32,570 nucleotides of DNA, from IMG/VR virus record IMGVR_UViG_3300030433_003165, positions 1 through 32,570 of that record. One strand, given 5' to 3'. Numbering within the stretch: the stretch's first letter is position 1; each line of letters opens with the position of its first letter. Under the pieces are notes generated by a model. That model was not told the DNA's origin, searched no databases, and was given only the letters and a program-made list of their open reading frames with translations. Both the position numbers and the translations under genes were made by a program. Shown in pieces: positions 26,101-32,570 of this stretch. Source of the stretch: a virus (lineage: Duplodnaviria > Caudoviricetes).

Positions 26101-27766
26101 CGCTACGGCAGATATCACGATTGAGAATGGTGTGGCCATTGGAGCTACTATCGTCAATGGTGGTAAGGGATATGTGATCGGTGATCTTCTCGAACCAATC
26201 GCTATCGGTAATCAAGGACTTGGTGAGGGTATGAGATTGACGGTTGGTAACCTTTATGGCCAGAACCAACTGATTGTTGAAAACGTACAAGGTACATTTA
26301 GCACTGGTGCGGCAGACAACATCCTCTATAGAAACAACAGTGGTGTTACAACCGCACTCAACTTCCCTGGTCCTGTTAATCCATCCGAGGTTGAAACTGT
26401 TAATGATGGACTACACTTCACTGTGTTCCATAGAAACCACGGTCTCCACGCAACTGGAAACCAAGTTACTATCTCTGGTATCAATCCAGACAACAAACCA
26501 ACATTGTTGACTGAGGAGTATTCCGTAACTGCTACTACATCTATCAGTCTCTCTGACGTATCGTCTCCCACTAACTTCAACCAGTTCGAGAACATTGGTG
26601 TTGGTCTAACCAACCCTGGATACATTAAGGTTGGTTCTGAAGTTATCAAATACACTGGAGTATCTGGTAACACTCTGACAGGTATCACTAGAGGTATCGA
26701 CAATACACCAGTTGAAAGACATACAGTCAATAACTTGGTCTATAAGTATGAACTGAATGGTGTATCTCTCAGAAGAATCAACAGACAACACTCTTTGGAT
26801 GATACGACTACAAACGAAGTCATTACACTTGACACATATCCTCTCAAAGTTGATATGGCTGATACAGACTACGGAACTGATCGTACTGGAACTGGTCTGA
26901 AGAAGTTGTTCTTTACCGAGGACAAAGAGGCAGGTGGACCTAATGGTAGGGCCACTTACAATGTTCCTTTCGAGATGATCATTCCACAGATCAATACTAT
27001 GGAACCCACAGGTACAAACATTGCACCTTCGGTTCGTACTGTAAGTGGTACATCTGTATCAGGTGTAGAACCATCATTCATTGATAAGGGATTCAATGAA
27101 GTTGCACTGAGACAGGAGAACTTCTTCGATTCCCCAAGAATCGTCGCCAACAAACAAAACGAAGATCTCTATCTGGACGAACTTCCTGGTAACAAGTCAT
27201 TCACAATGAACTTGGATCTGATCACTGATGATACTCGTATCTCCCCCGCGATCGACCTTAACCAGGCATCTGTGATGTTCGTTACAAACAGGGTTAACGC
27301 ACCTGTTGAAGATTACGCAACAGACTTCAGAGTCAATAGTACTGGAAGTGATCCTAGTAGATTCTTCTATGTCACTAAGAATATCTCTCTTGAAAATCCA
27401 GCATCTTCACTTCAGGTGATTCTTGATGGATATGTTCCTGAAGACGCTGATCTGAGATGTTTCTATTCCATTGATCAGGATGGGCCTGTTGAGAACTCCA
27501 TCTTCGTTCCTTTCCCTGGTTTCGGTAACTTCAATACAAACGGATCTGTTGCAAGTCGTGGAGTAAGTAATGGAAATCCTGACCTTGATGTTCCTAAGGT
27601 TGATGTGTTTACACCAAAACCCGCACTTGGTCTTTATAGAGAATACAAGTTCTCTGTTGATGAACTTCCATCATTCAAGTCCTTTAGGATCAAATTGATT
27701 GGTACATCAACAAACCAGGCCACAGTCCCAATGATTCGTAACTTCAGAGTCATCTCTCTTGCATGA
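20177..27766 (+). CDS. Large VrlC-like (DUF4815-type) virion structural protein, 2529 aa
   Basis: Motifs MPQETNLNV.PYFDDFD...YYKVLFKP.YPVQAREL..LQSILQNQ, APGADRFKI, LARRTFDESG.Y, YLPRID, KRY.M.DI..IE.RV..LEYYTSL, RFKSG.FVDNF and DPLAQSF. Position after g8 is as in T4-like cyanophages. Confidence 0.85.
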   Translation: MPQETNLNVAPYFDDFDPQSNYYKVLFKPAYPVQARELNNLQSILQNQVEDMGQHFFKEGAKVIPGQLTYLSSYYAIQIEPEYLGIPVTLYLDQLVGTLITGQQSGVTARVSSYITNEESERGNYTLYIDYFESSTTDAATATFFDDEVLLTSENIQFATTFIGANEGFAKALPVNANAVGSAFALSNGVYFLRGHFVDVADQILILDQYNNKPSYRIGLNVIESIVSSDEDPTLTDNAQGFNNYTAPGADRFKISATLQKKASNDYDDQNFVQLAEVQNGILREVNTGTDYNILGDELARRTFDESGHYYTRDFLSTVHNSLNNGFGNRGIYNANQTTYQGNTPSDDLGIYKISPGKAYVRGYEVELRGPSFLDFPKPRTTKTLEGRSVSFSFGPSFQVNRAFGAPSIGFDTTNIISLRDNRVGTDQAIAPGKEIGVARFYDSALESGAYDNVYPDTNRWDVSLFDLQTYTEIDLNTATTLTTPVFIEGKSSGATAYLRHSISAGTALTAYCVQGEFFIGERLEFNGTSENSRTTTDVHNYEISDIQSLFGSVGAAGTFSADVIPQVDTVIGIASITAHHNGISTVSTPGQTWPGIVTTGNLVQYSDPAKDFPNLARVTQVNTNSIQITGVQTVTAYREGGLSSSLVDVTDFSIVKSDLQQTSGGNVINNESLYSVLPHTNVQSVDLTNSNIVIRKSFTVNISNNSTGTVAAAANETFLPFDEERYTLVRSDGSFEILTQDKFTFSAGNTQVTINGLGANDTGSTLTAALRKANIKAKSKIKKVAESVIISRSNVEGSGTGDETLNDGLTYGNFPYGTRVQDETVILNVPDVVMVYGVFEASGTADPEAPSMTTASLDGPNNTTNDLIIGEQVIGTISGTRAKYINKKSDTEINFVYENNSRFENGEIINFADSGVSAIAADLALNDPNILDRYKLQNGQRDTIYDFSRLVRREGERPPSRKIRVYYMSAEYDSSDTGDVTLANSYDNFNYAAEIPSYKGNRTVDFVDARPRVSKYSGVAGDRSPLEFLGRNFSGGQHSTRNVLASDESMTFDYSFYLPRIDRIYLDKDGFLSVKQGAPAEEPGLPDEVSGAMNIANVYLPPYLYAPRQARVQFIQHKRYQMSDIAKIEMRVKDLEYYTSLNILESATLNQFVPDANGLNRFKSGIFVDNFSDLEGQDTQVGIRNSIDRSNKALRPAHYTTALNLQLGNTTIAGIGTTNAPNQDARFADVLGTNVRRSGQMITLDYNETSWLRQPFATRVESVTPFLVKFWEGSLRFEPDVDVWIDVNRMELRDVLMEGSFLGVAEALGAEVTTHADGSRSGITPIIWQSWETMGVDVSFDLGSSTSSSSTFSNRQGTVDEFLDMWEGGNAQRQIDRRGGNAPSGFRVEEESVTNTTTITGTVGVDLQQQRRGKQHTVNEQIDTESLGDRIVSREVIQFMRARNIEFTSTRLKPFTQVYPFFDNVDVTRFCISKLVEIEMVSGTFQVSEAVAGIMPSAEDTEDDTPSTLAAIVARVATPNHKYGPYNNPRDIFERNPYNREERIPEEYSETSTILNLDTFSLASDDNPEFQGYLAPNMILRGVNSNAEARVTDVRLVTDRLGTLIGSFRVPSSEDPANPIFETGRSRLRLTSSPIDSRVEGVATTAAEEIFYSQGDMDNTQEVTLSLRNARVETDDSFLQTRTIGDSATASTSFQNGATETRLTGEYRDPLAQSFIVDDPTGVYLTSVDIFFQRVPTDESTPVTVQIREVELGTPSQRILAYSEVDKSPEEITTSEDASIPTKFTFESPVFLNGQREYAIIIISNSTEYAVWISRLGESDVATLGREEGQILVSSQRLLGSLYKSQNASVWTPSQYEDLTFQLFRADFIQSGSVQFFNPPSPSEYEVMRPNPISMESNTIRVGLGTTVTDTGIAVGNLVTQENTNASGRFVGYGGSATGTLTLTNVGAGFTPTSGGHYTFTGIALTSLTGNGLNATADITIENGVAIGATIVNGGKGYVIGDLLEPIAIGNQGLGEGMRLTVGNLYGQNQLIVENVQGTFSTGAADNILYRNNSGVTTALNFPGPVNPSEVETVNDGLHFTVFHRNHGLHATGNQVTISGINPDNKPTLLTEEYSVTATTSISLSDVSSPTNFNQFENIGVGLTNPGYIKVGSEVIKYTGVSGNTLTGITRGIDNTPVERHTVNNLVYKYELNGVSLRRINRQHSLDDTTTNEVITLDTYPLKVDMADTDYGTDRTGTGLKKLFFTEDKEAGGPNGRATYNVPFEMIIPQINTMEPTGTNIAPSVRTVSGTSVSGVEPSFIDKGFNEVALRQENFFDSPRIVANKQNEDLYLDELPGNKSFTMNLDLITDDTRISPAIDLNQASVMFVTNRVNAPVEDYATDFRVNSTGSDPSRFFYVTKNISLENPASSLQVILDGYVPEDADLRCFYSIDQDGPVENSIFVPFPGFGNFNTNGSVASRGVSNGNPDLDVPKVDVFTPKPALGLYREYKFSVDELPSFKSFRIKLIGTSTNQATVPMIRNFRVISLA

Positions 27767-27987
27767 TGAAAAAGATCCCAGTCAAAGACCATAGAAATCT
27801 TGTTCGTGATGCCGGTTCTTCCGGCATCGTGAATACTGATACTCAAGGTTATAAGGCTTACATGGCCAATAGAGAAAAACTTTTGACTGACAAACAACGA
27901 ATTGATCAGTTGGAATCCACAGTTGAGGAGATCAAATGTGATCTCACAGATATCAAGTGTTTGCTCACAAAACTCCTTGATAAATAG
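27763..27987 (+). CDS. Small conserved coiled-coil protein, 74 aa
   Basis: ATGA overlap with the upstream stop. Motif V..H.NLVRD..S.GIVNTD...Y..Y followed by a heptad-like RIDQLESTVEEIKCDLTDIKCLL. Confidence 0.8.
   Translation: MMKKIPVKDHRNLVRDAGSSGIVNTDTQGYKAYMANREKLLTDKQRIDQLESTVEEIKCDLTDIKCLLTKLLDK
27980..27986 (+). promoter_or_regulatory. T4-type late promoter (ATAAATA) overlapping a stop codon
   Basis: GATAAATAG at 27979-27987, 20 nt before g13. Confidence 0.75.
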
Positions 27988-28006
27988 AAAAAAAGTAGTG
28001 TGAAGA

Positions 28007-28870
28007 ATGGCTCAGCCTACCAATAGACAAGAACTTATTGACTATTGTCTGAGACAACTTGGTGCTCCTGTATTGGAAATCAACGTTGCCGATGAACAGA
28101 TTGACGATATAGTTGATGATGCTATTCAATACTTCAACGAAAGACACTTTGATGGTGTTCAACCCACCTTCATGAAGTATGAAATCACTGAGGAAGACAT
28201 TGAGAGAGGTAAAGCTAGACCTCCCGGTGCTCCTGATGGTGAGTCACAACTCGGTATTACAACCACGTCTGTAACCAAATCTATCGTTGGTACAGCTGTT
28301 ACCTTCAATTATTACGAGAATAGTAACTATATTGCACTTCCACCCGACATTATTGGTATCAATAAGGTCTTCCAAATGGATGATTACGCTTCTGTAGCGT
28401 CTTCAAACATGTTCAGTTTCAAGTATCAACTGTTCTTGAACGACTTGTACTACTGGGGAGCGGCTGATATCCTGACATATTACATGGGTATGACCTATTT
28501 GGAGACTCTTAACTACCTCCTTAACACTCATACACACGTCAGATTCAACCAAAGATCGGACAGATTGTACATTGACATCAACTGGGACAATGTTTCCGCG
28601 GGTGAATTCTTGATTATTGACTGTTATAAGGCTCTGAATGGAACAGATTACACCAGATTATGGAATGATTCGTTCCTCAAACCCTATACGACTGCTCTGA
28701 TTAAGAAACAATGGGGTCAAAATCTGATTAAATTCCAAGGAGTTAAACTTCCAGGTGGAATTGAGTTCAACGGAAGACAGATTTTTGACGATGCAGTCAA
28801 AGAAATCGAAGAAATTAAGGAGAGAATGACCTTTAACTACGAACTTCCTCCTTTCGACATGATCGGTTGA
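28007..28870 (+). CDS. g13: Neck protein gp13
   Basis: Motifs P..RQELIDYCLR.LGAPVLEINV.DEQIDD.VDDA.QYF.E.HFDG and LK.Y.TALIK.QWGQNLIKFQGVKLPGG...NG..I. Confidence 0.95.
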   Translation: MAQPTNRQELIDYCLRQLGAPVLEINVADEQIDDIVDDAIQYFNERHFDGVQPTFMKYEITEEDIERGKARPPGAPDGESQLGITTTSVTKSIVGTAVTFNYYENSNYIALPPDIIGINKVFQMDDYASVASSNMFSFKYQLFLNDLYYWGAADILTYYMGMTYLETLNYLLNTHTHVRFNQRSDRLYIDINWDNVSAGEFLIIDCYKALNGTDYTRLWNDSFLKPYTTALIKKQWGQNLIKFQGVKLPGGIEFNGRQIFDDAVKEIEEIKERMTFNYELPPFDMIG

Positions 28871-28876
28871 TAAGAT

Positions 28877-30307
28877 ATGGCACTCAATCCCTTCTTTCTA
28901 AACGGAACAGGACAAGAACAAGGTCTTGTTCAGAGCTTGATCAACGAACAGATCAAGATGTATGGTATCGAGTGCTATTATTTGCCTCGAAAATACGTCA
29001 CAACCAACACTGTTATCAAGGAAGTCATCGAATCTAAGTTCGATTCCGCGTTTCCACTGGAGGCATACCTCGATTCTTACGAAGGATTTGGTGGTCAGGG
29101 GACAATTTTGTCCAGATTTGGTATCGAAGACAAGGATGATTGCACTTTAATCATCTCAAGAGAGAGATTTGAGTCATATATCGCTCCTTTGACCGAAGGA
29201 TTAGCGAATATTGAGCTGTCAGATCGTCCAAAAGAGGGAGATTTGATCTATTTTCCTCTTGGAGACCGTATTTTCGAGATTAAATTCGTTGAACACGAGC
29301 AACCTTTCTATCAATTAAAGAAAAATTACGTCTATACACTCACTTGTGAGCTATTCCGCTACGAAGATGAGGTTATTGACACCGGAATTGAGACAATTGA
29401 CGACACTGTTCAGGATATTGGGTATATTCAGACCCTTAATCTCATCGGTGCAGCTTCAACAGCGACGGCATCTGCTGGAATTTGTACTCTTGGAGCTGTA
29501 AATTACGTCACAATGACGAATATGGGTAAGAAATACCGATATCGCCCAGAAGTTGGGTTCTCTTCTTCTACAGATGTCACCACAGTCGGTATCGTATCCG
29601 TCACAAATGAGTATATTCAGTGTAATGGCATGTATGGTGGCATGGTTGACGCTGTAGACCTTATCAATGCTGGATGTGGATACACAGTAGAACCTATGGT
29701 CGTCATCAGTCCTTCTGGAAATGACATTGGAACTGGTGCAGAGGCCACATCTGGTATTTCTACGAACGGATCTATTCAATTTGTCACCATCACTGGTGGT
29801 GGTTCTGGATATACCACCAATCCAAACTTCACCTTTGTTGGTATTGATACCAGTCTTCCTACTGGTGTTACCACTGGTTTCGGTTATGGTGTCATCAACA
29901 ACGCTGGTGTGGTCACGGCTGGTTACATCAGATATGGTGGTGAGAACTACAATCTCACTGGTCTCTCCACAATCACAAGTGTTGTCGTTGATACACCTGT
30001 AGGACTTGGTTCAACAGTCGGTGTTGGTACATTCATCTACAACGAAGTTGTATTCGGTGGTACATCTGGTACAGAGGCAAGAGTCAACTCTTGGGATAGT
30101 GTGGCAGTTGAACTTACCGTCAAGGTTGTAGATGGAACATTCACACCTGGAGAACTTATCATTGGTAGAGAGTCTGGTGCCACATATGCGATGAGATCTC
30201 AGATTGTAGATGATCTTGTCACACCATTTGCAGACAATGATAACATTGAGACAGAAGCAGATAGGATACTTGACTTCACTCAGAGTAATCCATTTGGAGA
30301 TCCTTAA
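28877..30307 (+). CDS. g14: Neck protein gp14 with inserted repeat domain, 476 aa
   Basis: Motifs LNPFF....EQ.LVQ.LINEQIKMYG..CYYLPR, RPKEGDLIYFPL...FEIKFVEHE.PFYQL..NYVY.L.CELF.Y and C-terminal DN..IE.EAD.ILDF.QSNPFG. Confidence 0.93.
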   Translation: MALNPFFLNGTGQEQGLVQSLINEQIKMYGIECYYLPRKYVTTNTVIKEVIESKFDSAFPLEAYLDSYEGFGGQGTILSRFGIEDKDDCTLIISRERFESYIAPLTEGLANIELSDRPKEGDLIYFPLGDRIFEIKFVEHEQPFYQLKKNYVYTLTCELFRYEDEVIDTGIETIDDTVQDIGYIQTLNLIGAASTATASAGICTLGAVNYVTMTNMGKKYRYRPEVGFSSSTDVTTVGIVSVTNEYIQCNGMYGGMVDAVDLINAGCGYTVEPMVVISPSGNDIGTGAEATSGISTNGSIQFVTITGGGSGYTTNPNFTFVGIDTSLPTGVTTGFGYGVINNAGVVTAGYIRYGGENYNLTGLSTITSVVVDTPVGLGSTVGVGTFIYNEVVFGGTSGTEARVNSWDSVAVELTVKVVDGTFTPGELIIGRESGATYAMRSQIVDDLVTPFADNDNIETEADRILDFTQSNPFGDP

Positions 30308-30319
30308 GATATTTTCTTG

Positions 30320-30326
30320 TTAAATA
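30320..30326 (+). promoter_or_regulatory. T4-type late promoter variant (TTAAATA)
   Basis: Intergenic, 22 nt before g15, upstream of an AGGA RBS. Confidence 0.7.
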
Positions 30327-30348
30327 GTAGTATATCTACCCTAGGACG

Positions 30349-31347
30349 ATGTTTGAGTATTTCTATAATGAGATCTTGAGATCCTGCATTATTGGATTTG
30401 GTTCGCTCTTCAATGGCCTTGAAGTTCAACACACGAACGACAATGGCACACAGAGTATTATCCAAGTACCAATTGCATACGGACCTACTCAAAAGTTTCT
30501 TGCTCGTTTGCAACAGGAAGCTAATTTGAATCGTCCTGTTCAGATGACACTTCCTAGAATGTCATTTGAGTTTACATCATTGACTTATGACCCTTCAAGA
30601 AAGACAACAAAGACACAGTCTTTCCTGACAACCACACCTGATGGGACTGAGATTAAGAGAGTATATGCCCCTGTTCCATACAACATGGGTTTCACACTTT
30701 CGATCTATACGAAACTCAACGATGATATGTTGCAGATCGTTGAACAGATTCTTCCTTACTTCCAACCTCACTACAATCTGTCTATCAAGTTCTTGGGTAA
30801 CTTGAATGAGATTAGAGACATCCCTGTGAATCTTGACAGTATCACAATGGATGATGATTATGAGGGGAACTTTGAGACAAGAAGGGCACTTGTCTATACG
30901 TTGACATTTACAGCCAAGACCTACCTGTATGGTCCTGTGGCAGATGTCAGTGGAGACATCATCAAGAAGGTCACTGTTGGATACTCTGCACTGTCCACAG
31001 ATGGATCTGTTAGAACTAGAGACCTCACCTATCAGGTCACCCCAAGAGCCACGAAGGACTACGACAACAGTCTCATCAGTAATATTGATGAGGATGTCGA
31101 TCTTACACAAACATCCATCAAGGTCACCAACCCAGGTGGTATCACAGAAAACACTTATGTCTATGTTGGAAGTGAAGAGATGTTTGTTGAGAAGGTCGTT
31201 GGTGATAGTATGGTAGTAAGGAGAGCACAAGACAATACAAAGGCATCTAAACACCCCCTTGGAAGAGATGTATTCAGCATCACTAAGGAAGACGACAAGT
31301 TAATCGAGTTCGGAGACGACTTTGGCTTCAATGGTAGTGTATTCTGA
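30349..31347 (+). CDS. g15: Tail sheath stabiliser / tail terminator gp15
   Basis: Motifs YFYNEILR..IIGFGSLFN, VPIAYGP.QKFLARL, TLPRMSFE, PVPYN, QIVEQILPYFQP and DDYEG.F..RR.L.YTL.F.AKTYLYGP. Confidence 0.95.
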   Translation: MFEYFYNEILRSCIIGFGSLFNGLEVQHTNDNGTQSIIQVPIAYGPTQKFLARLQQEANLNRPVQMTLPRMSFEFTSLTYDPSRKTTKTQSFLTTTPDGTEIKRVYAPVPYNMGFTLSIYTKLNDDMLQIVEQILPYFQPHYNLSIKFLGNLNEIRDIPVNLDSITMDDDYEGNFETRRALVYTLTFTAKTYLYGPVADVSGDIIKKVTVGYSALSTDGSVRTRDLTYQVTPRATKDYDNSLISNIDEDVDLTQTSIKVTNPGGITENTYVYVGSEEMFVEKVVGDSMVVRRAQDNTKASKHPLGRDVFSITKEDDKLIEFGDDFGFNGSVF

Positions 31348-31355
31348 GGTAACCC

Positions 31356-31763
31356 ATGAGTAAGTATGATAAACTTGACGAGACGTTCGACGTAACACCA
31401 ACAGAAGTAGAGGTAACGGAAAAGAAAATTGAAAAGATCAAATCTGGCACAGAGGATATCAAGAGAGATTACGAATACACAAGGGGTAATCTCTATTCGA
31501 TCATTGAGAAAGGGCAGGAGGCCATCGACGGTATCCTTGAACTGGCTCAAGAGAGTGAGATGCCTCGTGCGTATGAAGTTGCAGGCCAGTTGATTAAGAA
31601 CGTGGCAGATGCCACAGACAAACTTCTGACACTCCAACAGAAACTCAAGGATGTTCAGGAAGAGAAAGAAACCAAAGGACCAACCACTGTCAATAACGCA
31701 CTGTTTGTTGGATCTACAGCAGAATTACAGAAGTTATTGAAGAAGGGAACTACTGATAAATAG
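31356..31763 (+). CDS. g16: Terminase small subunit gp16
   Basis: Motifs DYEYTR.NLY..IEKG.EA..GILE.A.ES..PRAYEVAGQLIK and TVNNALFVGSTAELQKLLK. GAGG RBS. Confidence 0.93.
   Translation: MSKYDKLDETFDVTPTEVEVTEKKIEKIKSGTEDIKRDYEYTRGNLYSIIEKGQEAIDGILELAQESEMPRAYEVAGQLIKNVADATDKLLTLQQKLKDVQEEKETKGPTTVNNALFVGSTAELQKLLKKGTTDK
31756..31762 (+). promoter_or_regulatory. T4-type late promoter (ATAAATA) overlapping the g16 stop
   Basis: GATAAATAG at 31755-31763. Confidence 0.7.
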
Positions 31764-31776
31764 TTAAAAAAGTAAG

Positions 31777-32112
31777 ATGGCAGCGACCCCTGAAGTAAAT
31801 ATCACAATAGCCCAGGGTACCACTTTCAGTGAGGTTTTTACATCCACTGAAACGGATGGTTCTGCATCCAACCTTTCGGGTTATTCTGGTGCAGCTATGA
31901 TTAAGAAACATCCAGCCGCCACCTCGCATGAATCATTCTCTGTATCAATCACTGCAGGAACAGGTGAAGTTGCTATTGGTCTGACTGCAGGTGCCACATC
32001 AAGACTGAAACCAGGAAGACATGTATATGATGTACTTCTGACTTCTGGTTCAGGAGCACTTTCGAGATTGGTTTCAGGTTCAGCTATCGTTACCGCAGGC
32101 ATTACCACCTAA
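31777..32112 (+). CDS. Small beta-rich hypothetical protein, probably virion-associated, 111 aa
   Basis: Motif NITI.QG.TF...F......NL.GY...A.IKKH...G.V.I.LTA..T..LKPGR.VYDVLL...RLV.G...V..G. Follows a late promoter. Confidence 0.8.
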   Translation: MAATPEVNITIAQGTTFSEVFTSTETDGSASNLSGYSGAAMIKKHPAATSHESFSVSITAGTGEVAIGLTAGATSRLKPGRHVYDVLLTSGSGALSRLVSGSAIVTAGITT

Positions 32113-32116
32113 ACTT

Positions 32117-32440
32117 ATGGCAGTTGTCAGAAGGGCTCAATCAGGTACATCTATCAGAAAGAAAGCGGAAGTCACACAGAACGTCCGTAGTACCAGACAG
32201 CCTTCACGACTGGAGGAGATGAGTGATACTGCCTTTGGTACATTGGATGAAAGTAAGGATGGACTGATTGTGTCTTTTGACCAAGAGACTAAGAATTTTG
32301 TATTGGTCACACCAGACACACTTCTGGACAGATCTGCTGAAGACAATGACATCAGTGATGTATTCATCCAACAGATTGAACAAGAGATTAGTCTGGGTGA
32401 TGTTGCTGTAGATAATATCGATGGAGGTTCGTTCATCTGA
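32117..32440 (+). CDS. Hypothetical protein, 107 aa (basic N-terminus, acidic C-terminus ending IDGGSF)
   Basis: Tightly packed ORF in operon context. Confidence 0.75.
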   Translation: MAVVRRAQSGTSIRKKAEVTQNVRSTRQPSRLEEMSDTAFGTLDESKDGLIVSFDQETKNFVLVTPDTLLDRSAEDNDISDVFIQQIEQEISLGDVAVDNIDGGSFI

Positions 32441-32570
32441 TGGCTACTCGTACAGTTTCACTTCAAAATGTCAACGCTCTAGGGAATAGAACTGTCCTTC
32501 AATACAATGCTGCAGAGGACAGATTTAAACTTGTAAGTATGGATGATGTTCTTGCTACAGCAGCAGAAGA
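32440..32570 (+). CDS. 5' part of a hypothetical protein (MATRTVSLQNVNALGNRTVLQYNAAEDRFKLVSMDDVLATAAE...), apparent paralogue of 32117-32440
   Basis: TGATG stop/start overlap, GGAGG at about 32422-32426, and a frame open to the window end. Confidence 0.75.
   Translation, partial: MATRTVSLQNVNALGNRTVLQYNAAEDRFKLVSMDDVLATAAE

Noticed and set aside
4515-27766. Inteins, introns or homing endonucleases as the explanation for the giant ORFs
   Set aside because: I recognised no intein splice-junction pattern or LAGLIDADG/HNH/GIY-YIG motifs. The frames are continuous and the size is explained by structural repeats.
16587-28006. Absence of clear T4 g9-g12 and wac between g8 and g13, and g25 placed next to g6
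   Set aside because: This is the usual arrangement in T4-like cyanophages, so it is not novel.
415-31216. Short alternative-frame + strand ORFs inside large genes (e.g. 415-687, 7156-7446, 18082-18435, 24060-24389)
   Set aside because: Their Leu/Val/Met-rich translations are typical off-frame products of biased codon usage. I saw no convincing RBS or frameshift signal.
1-32570. CRISPR array, tRNA, diversity-generating retroelement or invertible segment
   Set aside because: Intergenic gaps are all under about 85 nt. I saw no regularly spaced DNA repeats, cloverleaf, reverse transcriptase, recombinase or near-identical template/variable repeat pair. A dot-plot was not possible.

Overview
This window is the virion structural module of a large T4-like myovirus. 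Gene content, gene order and promoter style best fit a marine cyanophage (Kyanoviridae-type); this assignment is inference from recognised protein families, not a database search. All credible genes lie on the + strand, in this order: a partial ORF, a GT-A-fold glycosyltransferase-like gene, a 48-aa very basic peptide missed by the ORF track, two hypothetical genes, baseplate gp25, gp6, a 4023-aa gp7-like protein, a 653-aa fibre/adhesin (gp9/10-like N-terminus, LamG-like lectin domain), gp8, a 2529-aa VrlC-like structural protein, a small coiled-coil protein, neck gp13 and gp14, tail terminator gp15, small terminase gp16, and three small genes where gp17 would follow in T4. T4-type late promoters (core TAAATA) punctuate the module. 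I found no tRNA, CRISPR array, intron, intein or transposon. The most unusual signal is a short peptide motif, G-[IVLF]-x-[TS] (GIST, GITT, GVGT, GLST, GINT), scattered through several unrelated structural proteins and encoded by different codons each time. Together with the glycosyltransferase-like gene at the head of the module, it suggests a phage-encoded virion modification system, possibly O-glycosylation. This is a hypothesis only.
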